DNA of 46,128 bases from Octopus bimaculoides (GCF_001194135.2 NC_068981.1:44466741-44512868); one strand, 5' to 3'. Positions 1-12,433 are shown, numbered from the stretch's first letter. Program-made: numbers and translations. Notes: generated by a model not told the origin, from the letters alone.

Positions 1-365
1 ATATATATATATATATATAAAGCTTCCATTTTAGATATCCTAGCAAAAAGTGTTACGAAAAATATATATTGTGAATATTTTTTTATTTTTTTATTTGTGC
101 TGTACAAATACATTTATGCGGAAAATCTATCTGAGGAATGTAATACTTGCACACTTCGTTCTGTATCTGTCAGAATCTCGGTGTGTGTGAGAGGGCATGA
201 GTGTATTGTACTATGTATGCAATAGGCTTATTTTTTACGTAGATATATTTAGTTGAAAAATATGTTTTAAAATTAATGTTATAGTTTCCTCGAAAAGTTA
301 AAATGTATATTTGGTGTTAATTTGCTTCAGCTTTATATTACATTATATTACGTAAATTCCATTTC

Positions 366-410
366 GGCCAGAGTTCTTTCGTCACACTTCTGTGACCTCA
401 TCAGTGGTCC
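366..410 (-). ncRNA. Minimal type I hammerhead ribozyme at the 3' end of the Penelope-like element
   Basis: Minus strand reads GGACCA-CTGATGA-G-GTCACA-GAAG-TGTGAC-GAAA-G-AA-C-TC-TGGCC. This gives the CUGAUGA and GAAA cores, a 6-bp helix II with GAAG loop, a 2-bp helix III, a CUC cleavage triplet and helix I (CCA/TGG plus GG/CC). There is one extra G before helix II. Confidence 0.8.
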
Positions 411-752
411 TTTGCTTTCTTCTTTCTTATGTGTGTCCCACCTTGCTAACTATCAGCCATTTTGTATTTTGTATTCTTATTGTTTGTGTCTACGCATGCG
501 TATCCTTCAATGTGTGTCTATGTTTTGTAAGTGCATGTGTGTGTATGGGAAGTGCCTGTATTATCTATATCCTCTCTTAATACATGTTCGTTTATTTTGT
601 TTTTATTTATTTATTTGTTCCTGTGTTTATAACTACTTTGTTTTGTATTAAATTTAATTTTGTTAACGTATGTAGTATTTAATTCCATTTGTTTATCTAT
701 GTATTGTATTATATTTTGTTCATATTGTTATCGGTTTATGGGGAATTTATTG

Positions 753-1762
753 TCATATTGTTGTGGTTTGTTTGGGGTGTGTGTTAGTGTTCCATTCCAG
801 TTTCCTATTCAGGCTAGGTTTATCTTCTATTATGTGTGTAGTTTCTGTAATTTGTCTAAATGCTGCGTCTGTGCTATGTGTGGATAATATTTTAATTTCC
901 ATGTTGTTGAGTGAGCTTCCGTGTTCCTGCTCAGCGTGCTGGTACAGAACTGATGAGCTCTTCTCTTCCTTAAGTTCCCTCCAATGTTTTTTCATTTACC
1001 CGTTCTCCTATGCTCCGTGCTGTTTCCCCTACATACGTCGTTGTCTTGCTACTGCATCATCCCTCTGTACATCTTATACCGTAGACAACATTTCTGGTTT
1101 TACAGTTTGTTTGTGGGCTAAATCTACATGCAGTACAGTTCCTATCAGTGCAGAGGGTTCTACTAAAAGGGTATGTTCTACTGATAAGGTATTTGATATG
1201 GTTGCCTGGCCTTTGAACAAAATTAATTCTTAGCTTAAGTTTGTCTAGGGCCCTTCTAAAGCCGTATGCCAGTTCGCCTCTAGAGGTGGTATCGACGAAC
1301 ATGACGCTCTGGTATTTGCGGCTATCATACCATGAGTTGGCCTTCCCTATTTTCTTCTTAATCCTTTCAACGGTGTTCCATGATTTGCTCCTATAGATTG
1401 GGCAAATCCCATTTCTATCGTTACGTTTGATGATTTCAAATTTCTTCATAGATCCTTTGTATACTCTGATCCTTTCTTTATGACTGTAACCTGAAAACTG
1501 CATGCGGTGAACGAAATGTTGTATATGTATCTTTAACTTTGTAGGGTTGCACATGCAGGACACATTTCGCATTACTCTGACGAGGTCTGCCATCAATATA
1601 TTGACTTTGGCATTGTTCGCAATAGCCGAGTTCCGGTGGATCAGGTATTTGGAGGCCATATGTTTTGCATAGTGTGAGTGGATGATTCGGGTTTTATTAT
1701 TCTCAGTTTCTAGCCAGAATTTAGTATCTAGTACAAGTAATCTATGGTTAGGGTGTTTACCC
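753..1762 (-). pseudogene. Disrupted PLE ORF (ORF-track 1057..1659 plus 753..995)
   Basis: One in-frame TGA near 1057-1059 and one frameshift near 990 separate the VVYGIRC/YVGET halves from the endonuclease C-terminus. Confidence 0.85.
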
Positions 1763-1763
1763 T

Positions 1764-1954
1764 ACTAAATGTGACCAAAGGTCCAGAGAGCATCGGTGTT
1801 GCTAGAAATAAGAGTCAGAGACACCTTAGCCACAGAAAGCATATGATCTATTTAATTGACAGTGGAGACAACATGTCCTTTCTGTGGATAAGAAGTCTCT
1901 GACTCTTATCTCCAGCAATGCTGGTGCTCCCTGCACCATAGGTCGCTTTTTAGT
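1764..1954. mobile_element. Degenerate foldback/hairpin element (MITE-like)
   Basis: 1764-1845 is the reverse complement of about 1871-1954, with roughly 18 differences in 83 nt by manual alignment (e.g. TAAGAGTCAGAGAC / GTCTCTGACTCTTA) and a loop of about 25 nt. Confidence 0.7.
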
Positions 1955-2536
1955 GACGGTGAATTATTTGTTGGTTTTAAATCAGGTCTATCCAACTTTA
2001 TTATTTCATATATAAATATATATATACACACACGCACACATACGTACGTATATATATCTATCTATCCATGAATTCATATTCTTCTGCGAGACGAGGGATA
2101 ACAGTCATGAATTGTTGTAGAAGTCAGGTGCACTGCAGATGTGAATGCACAATTAAAAGTCTAAGAAAAAGAGAACATTTATCGCGAATTAATGTGGAAC
2201 TTATAGCGCTTCTACACTGACTAGTGATTCTCATTGTATCTATTTTCATAGGTGTATTAAGCTATGTAACAACAAATTTGCACAAAAAAAATAGAAATAC
2301 TCAGTTTCACGGATAAAGAGCAAAAGAAACTCTATTAGTGACACAGTGTATGCATCGACAGTTCAATCAACACACCAATTCAGTCACATATCTATAAATA
2401 CCGAGAACTTTCTTAACTAAAAAAATCACTTTGGCTTCATTCCTTAGCGACCAGCTTGAAATCACTGACGAGAAATTTAAATTAAACTCAAAGAAAATCA
2501 TGCAGACATATGTAAGAATAATAGAATAGTTAATGA

Positions 2537-2619
2537 TTAATAATAAGGGTTTTGAAAAACTGGCCTTGCGCTGGAGTGCAAAGATTCTGATCCTGGAGTA
2601 GCTGCTCTTGCTTTCCGAT
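2537..2619 (-). CDS. Probable terminal coding exon of an unidentified host gene: (x)RKARAATPGSESLHSSARPVFQNPYY*
   Basis: Acceptor TATTTTATTAG at 2620-2630, phase-1 start, 26 non-repetitive codons in a locally GC-richer patch, TAA at 2537-2539. The C-terminus carries NPxY, and AATAAA lies at 2002-1997 on the minus strand. The gene was not recognised. Confidence 0.5.
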
Positions 2620-2707
2620 CTAATAAAATAATACGTATACAAATTTAAACGTTTTCAGCTACCTTTTCCGGAAACTGACATAAATGTAATAATGAATACG
2701 TCTATAT

Positions 2708-3070
<363 letters not shown>

Positions 3071-3671
3071 CTATAAAAACTCAAACCGTCGGCATAACTG
3101 AAAGTAGAGAGAATGAAAATACCTATATTTAGATAATGAAAAGTCGTGGCAAATTTTAAAGGTTTAAACATTTATGTACACTATTTCAGTATTTTTTCAT
3201 TTAGTTTTAAATAAAAGGTTGGAATATATTTTAGCGTCTGTTTTTTCTGCCCTTAAGCACAATGAATTGTCTACCTCATATTTTGCGAAATTCCCAATAT
3301 AATATTTCTGAATGAAAGACAAGAACTGATTGAAAATCCTTTAACGCAATCTTATAAAAAAAATTTTAAAAATGCAAGATATTTTTTGTCGCCAAATCTT
3401 TTCTATTAATATCAATACAAGAAGTGGTAATTTAAAGTATATTATAGTAACCTAAAGTAATATTTATGTGTGTGTGAGTGTATAGCTTGACAGATATATA
3501 CATACATAAACGGTTACACAGCTACACGTGTGCGCGCGTGTATTAATATATTTGTGCTTCAATGTACACGTATGGTTGTATAATACAACTTCAGATGGAA
3601 CGCAAAACACTGGAAGTAATGCAAATAAATACCGAGAGACCGATTCTAAGAATACTACAGAATAAAAGTAT

Positions 3672-3672
3672 T

Positions 3673-3747
<75 letters not shown>

Positions 3748-3850
3748 GGGAGAGAGAGAGAGAGGGAGAGAGAGAGAGACACTCACACATCACACACACA
3801 TACATACCTATGCACACACACACACACACATATATATGTGTGTGTGTGTG
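3672..3850. repeat. (TA)n, (GA)n, (CA)n microsatellite block
   Basis: Read directly from the sequence. Confidence 0.97.
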
Positions 3851-4467
3851 TCTCTACCTTCGCATGCGTGCGTATTTACAACACATAATGATTGTGTCAA
3901 CAGATTTGTGTGATCTATTAACTAACTGTTGTTTCGGAAACTTTGTTAGAACCAGTTTATCTCAAGGCAAATCCCGCTGTACTTACCCTTTCAGATAAGT
4001 ATTTAGATTAAGTAAGATATATGAATGACCATTTTAATTGAATCCTGCTTCCACTGCAAATAATGGATCTTTATTCAGAAAACGACAGATTTTGACTCCG
4101 AAATAGAAGGATGTATTAATTCCTTCTGATGACACCTTAATGCTCCTTGTTTTAAATATATATGCATTCGATTTCATATCCATCAAGTTGGATCTTCAGG
4201 GCATTATTTAATTCTTGCTTGATTTTAGTCACTAGTTGTCGTCCGCGTCATGATAAACATACCGATATACTTTCTATATTCTATACACCATAATATATAT
4301 ATAACGTACATACATATATATACATACATACATGCATACATACATACATACGTACATACATACATACGTACATACATACATACATATAAAACCATAAGGT
4401 TACCATCGTTCCAAGCATACAGAAATAGAGACTCGAACAATACCTCATGCAATGTGTTTAAAACAGT

Positions 4468-4685
4468 AAGGCGGTAAGCTGGCAGAAACGTCAGCACTCC
4501 GGGTGAAATGCATTGCGGTATTTCGTCTGTCTTTATGTTCTAACTTCGAATTCCGCCGAGGTCGACTTTGCCTTTCATCCTTTCGGGGTTGATAAATTAA
4601 GTAGCTGTTGCGTACTGGAATCGATCTCAACGACTAGCGCCCTACCCAAAAATGTCTAGCCTTGTGCCTAGAGTAGAACAAAATG
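4468..4685 (+). mobile_element. tRNA-derived SINE, family A (octopus-type)
   Basis: Head AAGGCGGTAAGCTGGCAGAA...TTCGAATTCC, central GTCGACTTTGCCTTTCATCCTTTCGGGG, tail GTGCCTAGAGTAGAA. Homologous copies occur elsewhere in the window. Confidence 0.85.
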
Positions 4686-6240
4686 TGTTTAAAGCAGTGT
4701 GTGTGAAGCACTCCTTTAAAAGGGAACATTTTCATTTGCATATCCCAAATTGTATTTTGTATATCTGCTTACTGTAGTTAAATGCGATTGATATCAATTC
4801 TAATTGTAGTACCATGAAACATGGTATAGTGGGAAGTAAAATTCGCTTCCAAGTAAATTCACTATGTGCACATATTTATGATTTCTCGCTGTGTTCAATG
4901 CCCGAAAGCAGTTGAATTCATCAGGTTTCAATTCCCTGAACCGAGCCTGTTTTTCCGTAATAACAAAAAGTATACTGTGTTTGTTGGGCGTATTCGGTTC
5001 TTAAATTTGAACGATAAAATATGAATGCAATATCTTTATGAACAGTTTTGGTAGCATTGAATGATATATTGAAAACGCACAGTTTATGCATATCAGCTAA
5101 GATTCTGTGAACTCAAATTATAGTTTAATGAAACATGATGGATATCAAGAGAATTTTGTTACGATTTATGGCGCACCAGATAACGGTCAATGGACATTCT
5201 TTGAGTAAAATATCTAAGAGTATAAAACAGAAAAGAAAGATTGCAGTATTTTAGAAAGAAAAAAAAATAGAATAACTAAGAATAAAAGAAATTTAATAAA
5301 ATTTCTATATATATAATAAGAGTGGTCAAGGAAGAGTTATTGTTTAACTGAGGCGATTTTGCGATATAAGCAGTAGATAAGTGTTATTCTTTAATATAAT
5401 TTACATTTAAATAAAATATATATATAAGGCGTACTGCGGTTGAATGTTTTGATGTAATCCACGATAGCATTTGGAAATACAGAATCTTTTATTAAGTATT
5501 CATCAACATTTTCAGTCATGCTCGGAAAGGACAGCAATAAAAGTCAACTTTTGTTGTTCTGGTATTTAAAGCATGTAACGCAGCTAATTCTGACATTCAA
5601 ATGCAGAGTTATTTTCGGTCAGACGATAATCCGCTGACTTAAGGATTTTATAATCTAGGATTTGATGACAGAAATGTTGTTACTTCATACATTGCTTACG
5701 GTTTTATTATGAAAGAAAGACCAGACCTTTTCTGCTAGAGTCATTTCATGTGTCATTTGGTTTTATTTCCATGATAGTATTAGATGCGTACGGAGCTCTA
5801 ACTATTTTGGATGTTCAAAAGGTTAGAATAGAATGGCATCCTGTAACGTACTAACATCTGAAACAACAGCTCTCTAATAAATACTGTGCAGAACTACACA
5901 AGCTGATAGTAATATTATTTTCTTTTGACTGTACACAGGTTTTACTTTTATTTCATGGAGTGCTTTTTGTGTGTTCGATTGAAAGGCTGGTTATTATTGT
6001 TATTTTTGTTGGTATTATTAAAGGAGAAGAGCAACGAATGTCAAAAGCAGCCTTTTATTCTTCTCTAATTTCTGAATTCAACGTCAAAGTGTCCTTTCAT
6101 TATTCTAAATTAAAATCATTCCATCCCTGTAATGTATATTTAATTGACCTATGCCTCAAGCTGTATATTATGTTTCTATGAAATCTTTACTACAATCGTT
6201 CTCCCTATTGTGCATTATTTCCAGTTATTTTGTTCATAAA

Positions 6241-7257
6241 TACAGGGATTGGACAAAATAATGGAAACATCTTGCATCATAGCATCATAATTTTGAAATA
6301 TCTATAAAACCGTCAAAAGCTAGTTTATCTTTATGTTTTCATTTATTATTAGTGTTGCTTAATATGTTTTTTGCTAAAATTGCTGTTTCTTTTCAGATAT
6401 CATCAGAAAAAATGGTAATTAAAATGACAGATCTATCGGGCGTTCAAAGAGGTCAAATTGATGGTGCTATTATGGCAGGCGCTAGCGTAACGAAAACACA
6501 CGAAATGTTTGGTGTATCAAGAAGTACTTTACCGAAAGTAACGACAGCCTTTGAGATAGAGGGAAAAACCTTCCCGTCGAAACCAAGGTCCGGAAGAAAA
6601 CCAAAACTTTCAGATAGGGACTGTTGGACTCTTCCGAGAATTGTTAGAAAGGATCACAAAAGTACAGCTCCCAAAATTACTGTAGAGCTTAACGACCACA
6701 TCGAGAACACAGTTTCCACAAGAACTGTTCGCCCCGGAAGCTGCACATCGCCGGATTTCACGGGAGGGCTGCAATCAGAAAACCACTACTTACAAAACAA
6801 ATGTTGCAAAGCGTTTAGGGTGGAGTAAAAACCTACAGAACTGGTCCCTAGAGCAGTGGGAAAATGTTATTTTTTCGGACTATTCATCCTTCCCTTATTT
6901 ACGACCACTGGCCGAATTTACGTGTGGAGATGGCCAGAAGAAGCATTTGGCCCAGACTGCCTTCTTCCAACTGTTAAGCATAGAGGAGGATCTGTGATGA
7001 TCTGGGGGACTATATATTCGAAATCCGCCGGCCTAATGGTTTCTCTTCATGCCAGAATGTTATCTAATGAAATTCAGCTTATGGCTGTAGAACTGTTTCC
7101 GGAGGGAAACGCAATCTTTCAGGATGATAATGCACCAGTTCACATAGCTGAAGTTGTTACTGAATGGCCCGATGAGCATTGTAGTGAAGTTGAACATCCT
7201 TCCTGGCCACCACAGTCCACAAATCTCAATATTAGTGAACATTTATGGTGCATGTTG
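6241..7257 (+). mobile_element. Tc1/mariner transposon, left TIR plus degenerate transposase (DD36E spacing), right end missing
   Basis: TA + CAGGGATTGGACAAAATAATGGAAACA TIR. ATG at 6424, HTH region, GRKPKL linker, FSD-like motif, VKHRGGSVMIWG, QDDNAPVH and SxNLNIxEHLW. Multiple frameshifts and a deletion relative to the copy at 32.8 kb. Confidence 0.93.
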
Positions 7258-10200
7258 ACAGTTCAAATAGTAAATACTCTTAGTTTTTCTTATATATCAA
7301 AAATAGTCTTTGATTTCTTGATCAGAAGACATCGCACGGAGTAATTTAGGCAGATAGATTCGTGAAGAAGAATGTTTTATCTAAGGAAGCGTTACACATT
7401 GTAAAAAAATGGGGTTAATGTACAATGCTAACTTATCCAATCACTACGTCAGTATTAATATTAATATTTTCGTGTTGTATTGATGAGATAAAATTACGTC
7501 ATTGGGTCATTATGATTCTGGAAGCAACAAGAAATACAAGAAAATCTTGAATGTATGGAGAAGTATAGAAAGGCTAAATATAATGAATTTGAAAATTGAT
7601 CCTGTCTGTTTTGAGTTCAAACAATGCCAGAGTCGAATCGACTTTTCGAGTCCACGAGAGGCAACAGAAACTCATTGCTAGACATGTGCACGTAATTCAC
7701 TTAATCAATTGTATGTTTCGATCAAGTATTTTATTTTTATAAATAAGTCAATGCATCATATTCGATGATCATGACATTTGCATGCCAACCCAGGCGCACG
7801 AATTCGGAAATAGGTGATATTAATTGGAATAATAGTAGTTTAGGGTTTATATAAGTTGGTGCTAGTTTTATTTATTTGTTTTTTTTTTTTTGCAACCTGA
7901 AGGGCGGGGTACAAGTAAATGTAACTCATCAGAAGTGAGAAAAGGAAGCAGTGCGTCAAGCAGGGCTCATATGAATATGTATAAAGCTACAACTTTCCGA
8001 AGAAAGCATACTATTTGGGGATAGTTACGGGTGAAAACAACATGAAATTAAATGTTGGAAATGTGATCGTGAGTAAATCTTTTCATTCCACACAATCTGG
8101 GAAGTTTCCATTTCTTACAATTGGCATTATTCATGAAAGTCGTATTAGTTCATAGTTATTTATGGGAAAGAGAGATGAGGCCACCATTCTCGTTTTCATG
8201 TATATATTGATTTTGGTCTTTTTTCAGTAAATATTTAGAGGCATGGGATGGGGCATTTCGTTTTCACCTTCTGAGATATGCGTAATAATGTTTAAGATTA
8301 TGTAAATAGCATTATAACTATTTCGTTGTGACATTCATTAGGTTGTGGAATACGCAGAAGGCAAACGAAGAGTGCTTTACACTGGTATTGTTTGAATTTG
8401 AAAGAGTATAGGTCTACGATGAAAAACATGGTGATTAATAAGATCAATAGTTATATCATAATGAGATTTTTATAATGCTTTCTTGATAGTAATGAAAACA
8501 ACGCTGCTTTTGACAAAGTTATTAAAGATAAAAGAGCAGTTTATAATATCGTTGGTGAGCATATATTTGTAGCATATCTAGTTTAATAAACTGTCCCCCA
8601 TTAAGGTAAAGTTTATACACCATTTTAAGCATTTTCTAAATAACGACCGTACAATTACCCTTTATTGAAAATTAGAGTTACAATTACGTCTAAGTATGCC
8701 AAGTATTCCGATATTTAAGTATTATAGGATAATGTTATGCAGAAGAGGAGTACTAGTTTTGGGAAAGTGAATTTTACATATTTTATCATATTATTTGAAT
8801 AACTACTTGATATCATTTACATTTCAAATAGGTCTAAAATTATTATACCATTTGTATACTGTCAACTAGTAATGATACCCGGAGAAGTTATGTGGTATAC
8901 TCTGCCACAACAATAATAACTTAAAAACCATAATTTGTCACATAGTGCTCGTAAACTGTATCCGATGGGAGATGAGATTTTCAGATTAAGATTCTTGTAG
9001 TAAGTATTTTCAAAAATATATCTTACTGCTCTGAAATTAAATGTACTTTGTCTTCTAAAATATATACTTATAATAAACAACCTTATATTATTGATATATT
9101 ATAATTCAATGATCCAACAGAAGCCATCGAACATGCGAGTCATAGAAATTTTAAATATTCACCTGTTTTCTGTTAAAAGTAATTATATACAACATCGCTC
9201 ATATTCTCATTACAGTGATGTATAAGCGCGATATAAAAGCGTAGTCTACTTTTTCAGCGCTATACATTCTACACATATCAAATGAACATATAAAGACATT
9301 CTGAATAAACAAATTTCGACTATAATATTTTAAATCGCTGTCAGTATCCAGTTTATTCGGGCAACATTCGATGAATATTTTGTCATTAACATCACAAAAA
9401 CTTATTTGCCTATACTTCACCCAACAAACACTGATGTCGTTGAGTGAAATACTCGTCATCTCAATCATCACATTGTATTGAAAACTAGATCTATATAATT
9501 AATATTTATAACTTTCGACCCAATTATTAATAATTAGCAAGTGCTTTTTATAGGATGATCACAGTGATACAAATAACCGAAACAGATTATAACGTCTTAG
9601 TTTGCAATTCAGAGTTGAATGAATCGAGGGATTATGAACAAATAGAGTGGGGAGAGACTTAGAGAAAAAACGATTAAGAAACGGAGAGATAAAAATAGAA
9701 GAGAGTGACAGAGAGAGACAGACTGTGATGGCTTCAATTAAGCTGAGTTAGCACACTCTCAGGACGAAAAGATAAAAGACGAGATTTCATTCGAATATCT
9801 ATGAAGGTGCGTTTTATGAGTTATTATCAATATTTAGTATTTAACACACAATTACTATTCTATTCTTTTAATAGTTCTCCTGCTGTCATGTATTGGAAGC
9901 ACTTATAAACTGCATTATTTGAAACGAATATAATCTAGATAGTCGATATTATGCGCATTTAGAGAAACTAATTCAAATATGACTGACATAAGGATGATTT
10001 CGCTTTCCAAAATGAGCAGAAATAAATTATATCTATGCAACAATGAGCCTTTTCCATGACAAATTTAAAACATATCCTCTGTTGTGTCATACCTGTGTGC
10101 GTATGTGTGTTTATGCGTCTGTGTGTGTAAGTGTGTACGTGTGTAAGGATATGTGGGTGTTGGGATTTATACATATAAATATAGGAATGTATGTATATAC

Positions 10201-11043
10201 GAAGGTATGTATGTGTGTATGTATAAGTCCGTATAATGTTTCTAATTTGCTCTCTTTCTCAGTAATTACGTATATATATTTTATATTTATATAAGTGTAT
10301 GTGTGTATATATAATATATAAACAAAAACAAAATACCAATTCTCGCACCCATATATATATAATATGTAATATGATTTATTGATAATCCATTCATGAATAT
10401 ATGTGCGTTGTTGTTTAGAAGTGTTTATGCATATACAAGTGTGTTGCATACACATTTCTCTTTTATTGCGGTTAGTGCTATTTATGGGTAGGAACATTTC
10501 CCACATTACTTTTCGCCAACATTGTCCAATTTCAGCCTTGGGAAATCATAATTTCTTTCTTGAAGGCAATATAAATACCTTCACATATACATACATAAAT
10601 ACCTATATACACATTATCTTTTTAGCACATATCCATATAATTACAATCACACGCATAATAGACAAACAAACCCAAAACGTGCACATTCAAACATACATAA
10701 TTTCATCGTGTGATTAATGCCAGTGAAGTATGAATTTGATAAATATCTAACAAAAGAACTCAGTGAGTCTACCTATTCTATCGAAGTATTACTGAATAAT
10801 AGACTTATAGTGACTTAGATACGTAACTGTTCGCACTATTGACATTCGTATGTCAAATTATGTCCTTTTTCCTAACTTTCTGAATTCATTTGACGATTGT
10901 TCCGTTGTTCTTGTAGCGAATCTTTACAAATTGTGTTTGGTAACGTTATACAATTTCCGTTCACAATTTTTATCAATGGCGTTCTTTTGATCAAAGCAGC
11001 CGAGCAAATGGATGTATATGTTTGAAAATGTGCGTGTGTGTGC

Positions 11044-11097
<54 letters not shown>

Positions 11098-12024
11098 ACG
11101 CACATAATCTTTGTATATTTATAGTAATTCATTTATTCACTTTTTTGTTTTTGTATAAAGGTAGATTTTGCCTTTACTTCCCTTATGAATATCGATCAGT
11201 TTTGTAGGGCCATTAAATGGAAATGACAAACAGCGAGGCTGCAGCTACAGCGATAATAGTTGTTTCATTTAACAATTTAGATGTCTCAATGTATGTGTCG
11301 TACTCAAGATGCTACAAAATCACGTACATTATCTGTTAAACGTTGTGAGGAAATCTACTATAGATCGACAGATATATCTAACAATGAAGGTATTTATGAT
11401 ATAATGGTATTCCTTCGAAGGGTTTAACTTTTAGCTCGCGTACTTGGTTTTACACGCATTTCATAAGCCGCATAATGCATTGAAAATCACCTTGACATAT
11501 ATCCGTAAGTTAGTGACAGGTAAAAGCGAATACGTGTTAAACTTGTATATTATCAGTCATTATATATCCCCATGCACATTGCCCAATTTGCATATCTGCT
11601 TTATAGAATCATGTCTCCAGATGCTCAACAAACATCTGAAGATTCTGAATCAGTGCTGCTCGGATAATATCCAAACCTCGCTTGCTTGTATTCTAGATCA
11701 CAGATTTATACTATTGCTCCATACAACAAACATCAACCGAATCACTTTTATTTCGGTGTTATCTTTTCAAGCACCACACACACAGTTCTTCGAAACATGG
11801 TGTTTCTTCATATTCCACATATAACACTATCTTTTTTTACATAACACCCCTTGTTTTTTTCTTTCCCTTGTTTTTGTATTCCACTTACCTGGTGCCAAAC
11901 ACTCCCGTCTATATCTTTATTTATCATTTATTTATCCATTTATTTATTTTTTCTGCTTTCCCCCCTTCCTCTGCCCGCAGCGCTTTATTGTTAGTATATT
12001 TAATGTTTTATTAATGTTATTAAT

Positions 12025-12206
12025 ATTGGCTTCAAATTTTGGCACAATGCCAGAAATTTCAGGGGCAGAAATGTAAGTCGATTGAATCAACCCCAGTGCT
12101 TCAACTTGTAATTATTTTATCGAGGTGAACTCAGAACCTAAGGACGGACAAAATGGTGCCAATCATTTTGCCCGGCGTGCTAAATGTTCTAGCAGCTCAC
12201 CGCTTT
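12025..12206 (-). mobile_element. SINE family A copy with internal deletion
   Basis: Reverse complement reads AAAGCGGTGAGCTGCTAGAAC...GTTCTGAGTTCA, lacks the central block, then resumes CGATAAAATAA...CACTGGGGTTGAT...GTGCCAAAATTTGAAGCCAAT. Confidence 0.8.
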
Positions 12207-12239
12207 TAATGTTAATGATACCGTTTCTACCACGACGAG

Positions 12240-12373
12240 CACGACTGCAACGACAACTACCATCTCTGCTACCGGTAAGAGCACGATTACTACCACCATC
12301 CCTGCTGCTGCTGCCGCTGCTGCCGCTGCTGCCGCTGCTGCCGCTGCTGCTGCCGCCACTACTACTGCTACTT

Positions 12374-12433
<60 letters not shown>
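12240..12433. repeat. Trinucleotide array: CTG interrupted by CCG, grading into (CTA)n
   Basis: Read directly from the sequence. It explains the poly-Leu and poly-Val/Ala ORFs. Confidence 0.95.

Larger units (their letters stand above)
340..1762 (-). mobile_element. 5'-truncated Penelope-like retroelement (RT C-terminal region, Cys-rich linker, GIY-YIG endonuclease, 3' region with hammerhead)
   Basis: Minus frame reads LLVLDTKFWLETENNKTRIIHSHYAKHMASKYLIHRNSA...RMQFSGYS...CTDRNCTAC...NCKTRNVVYGIRC..*CSSKTTTYVGETARSIGERVNE, then after a frameshift KHWRELK...LYQHAEQEH...RQITETTHI..DKPSLNRKLEW. This is the typical PLE RT-thumb and GIY-YIG layout. Element boundaries are approximate. Confidence 0.88.

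Noticed and set aside
3987-4240. Strong minus-strand donor (AGG|GTAAGT at 3986) with an RT-like peptide upstream
   Set aside because: No open frame with a matching acceptor; similarity to old LINE sequence is too weak to call.
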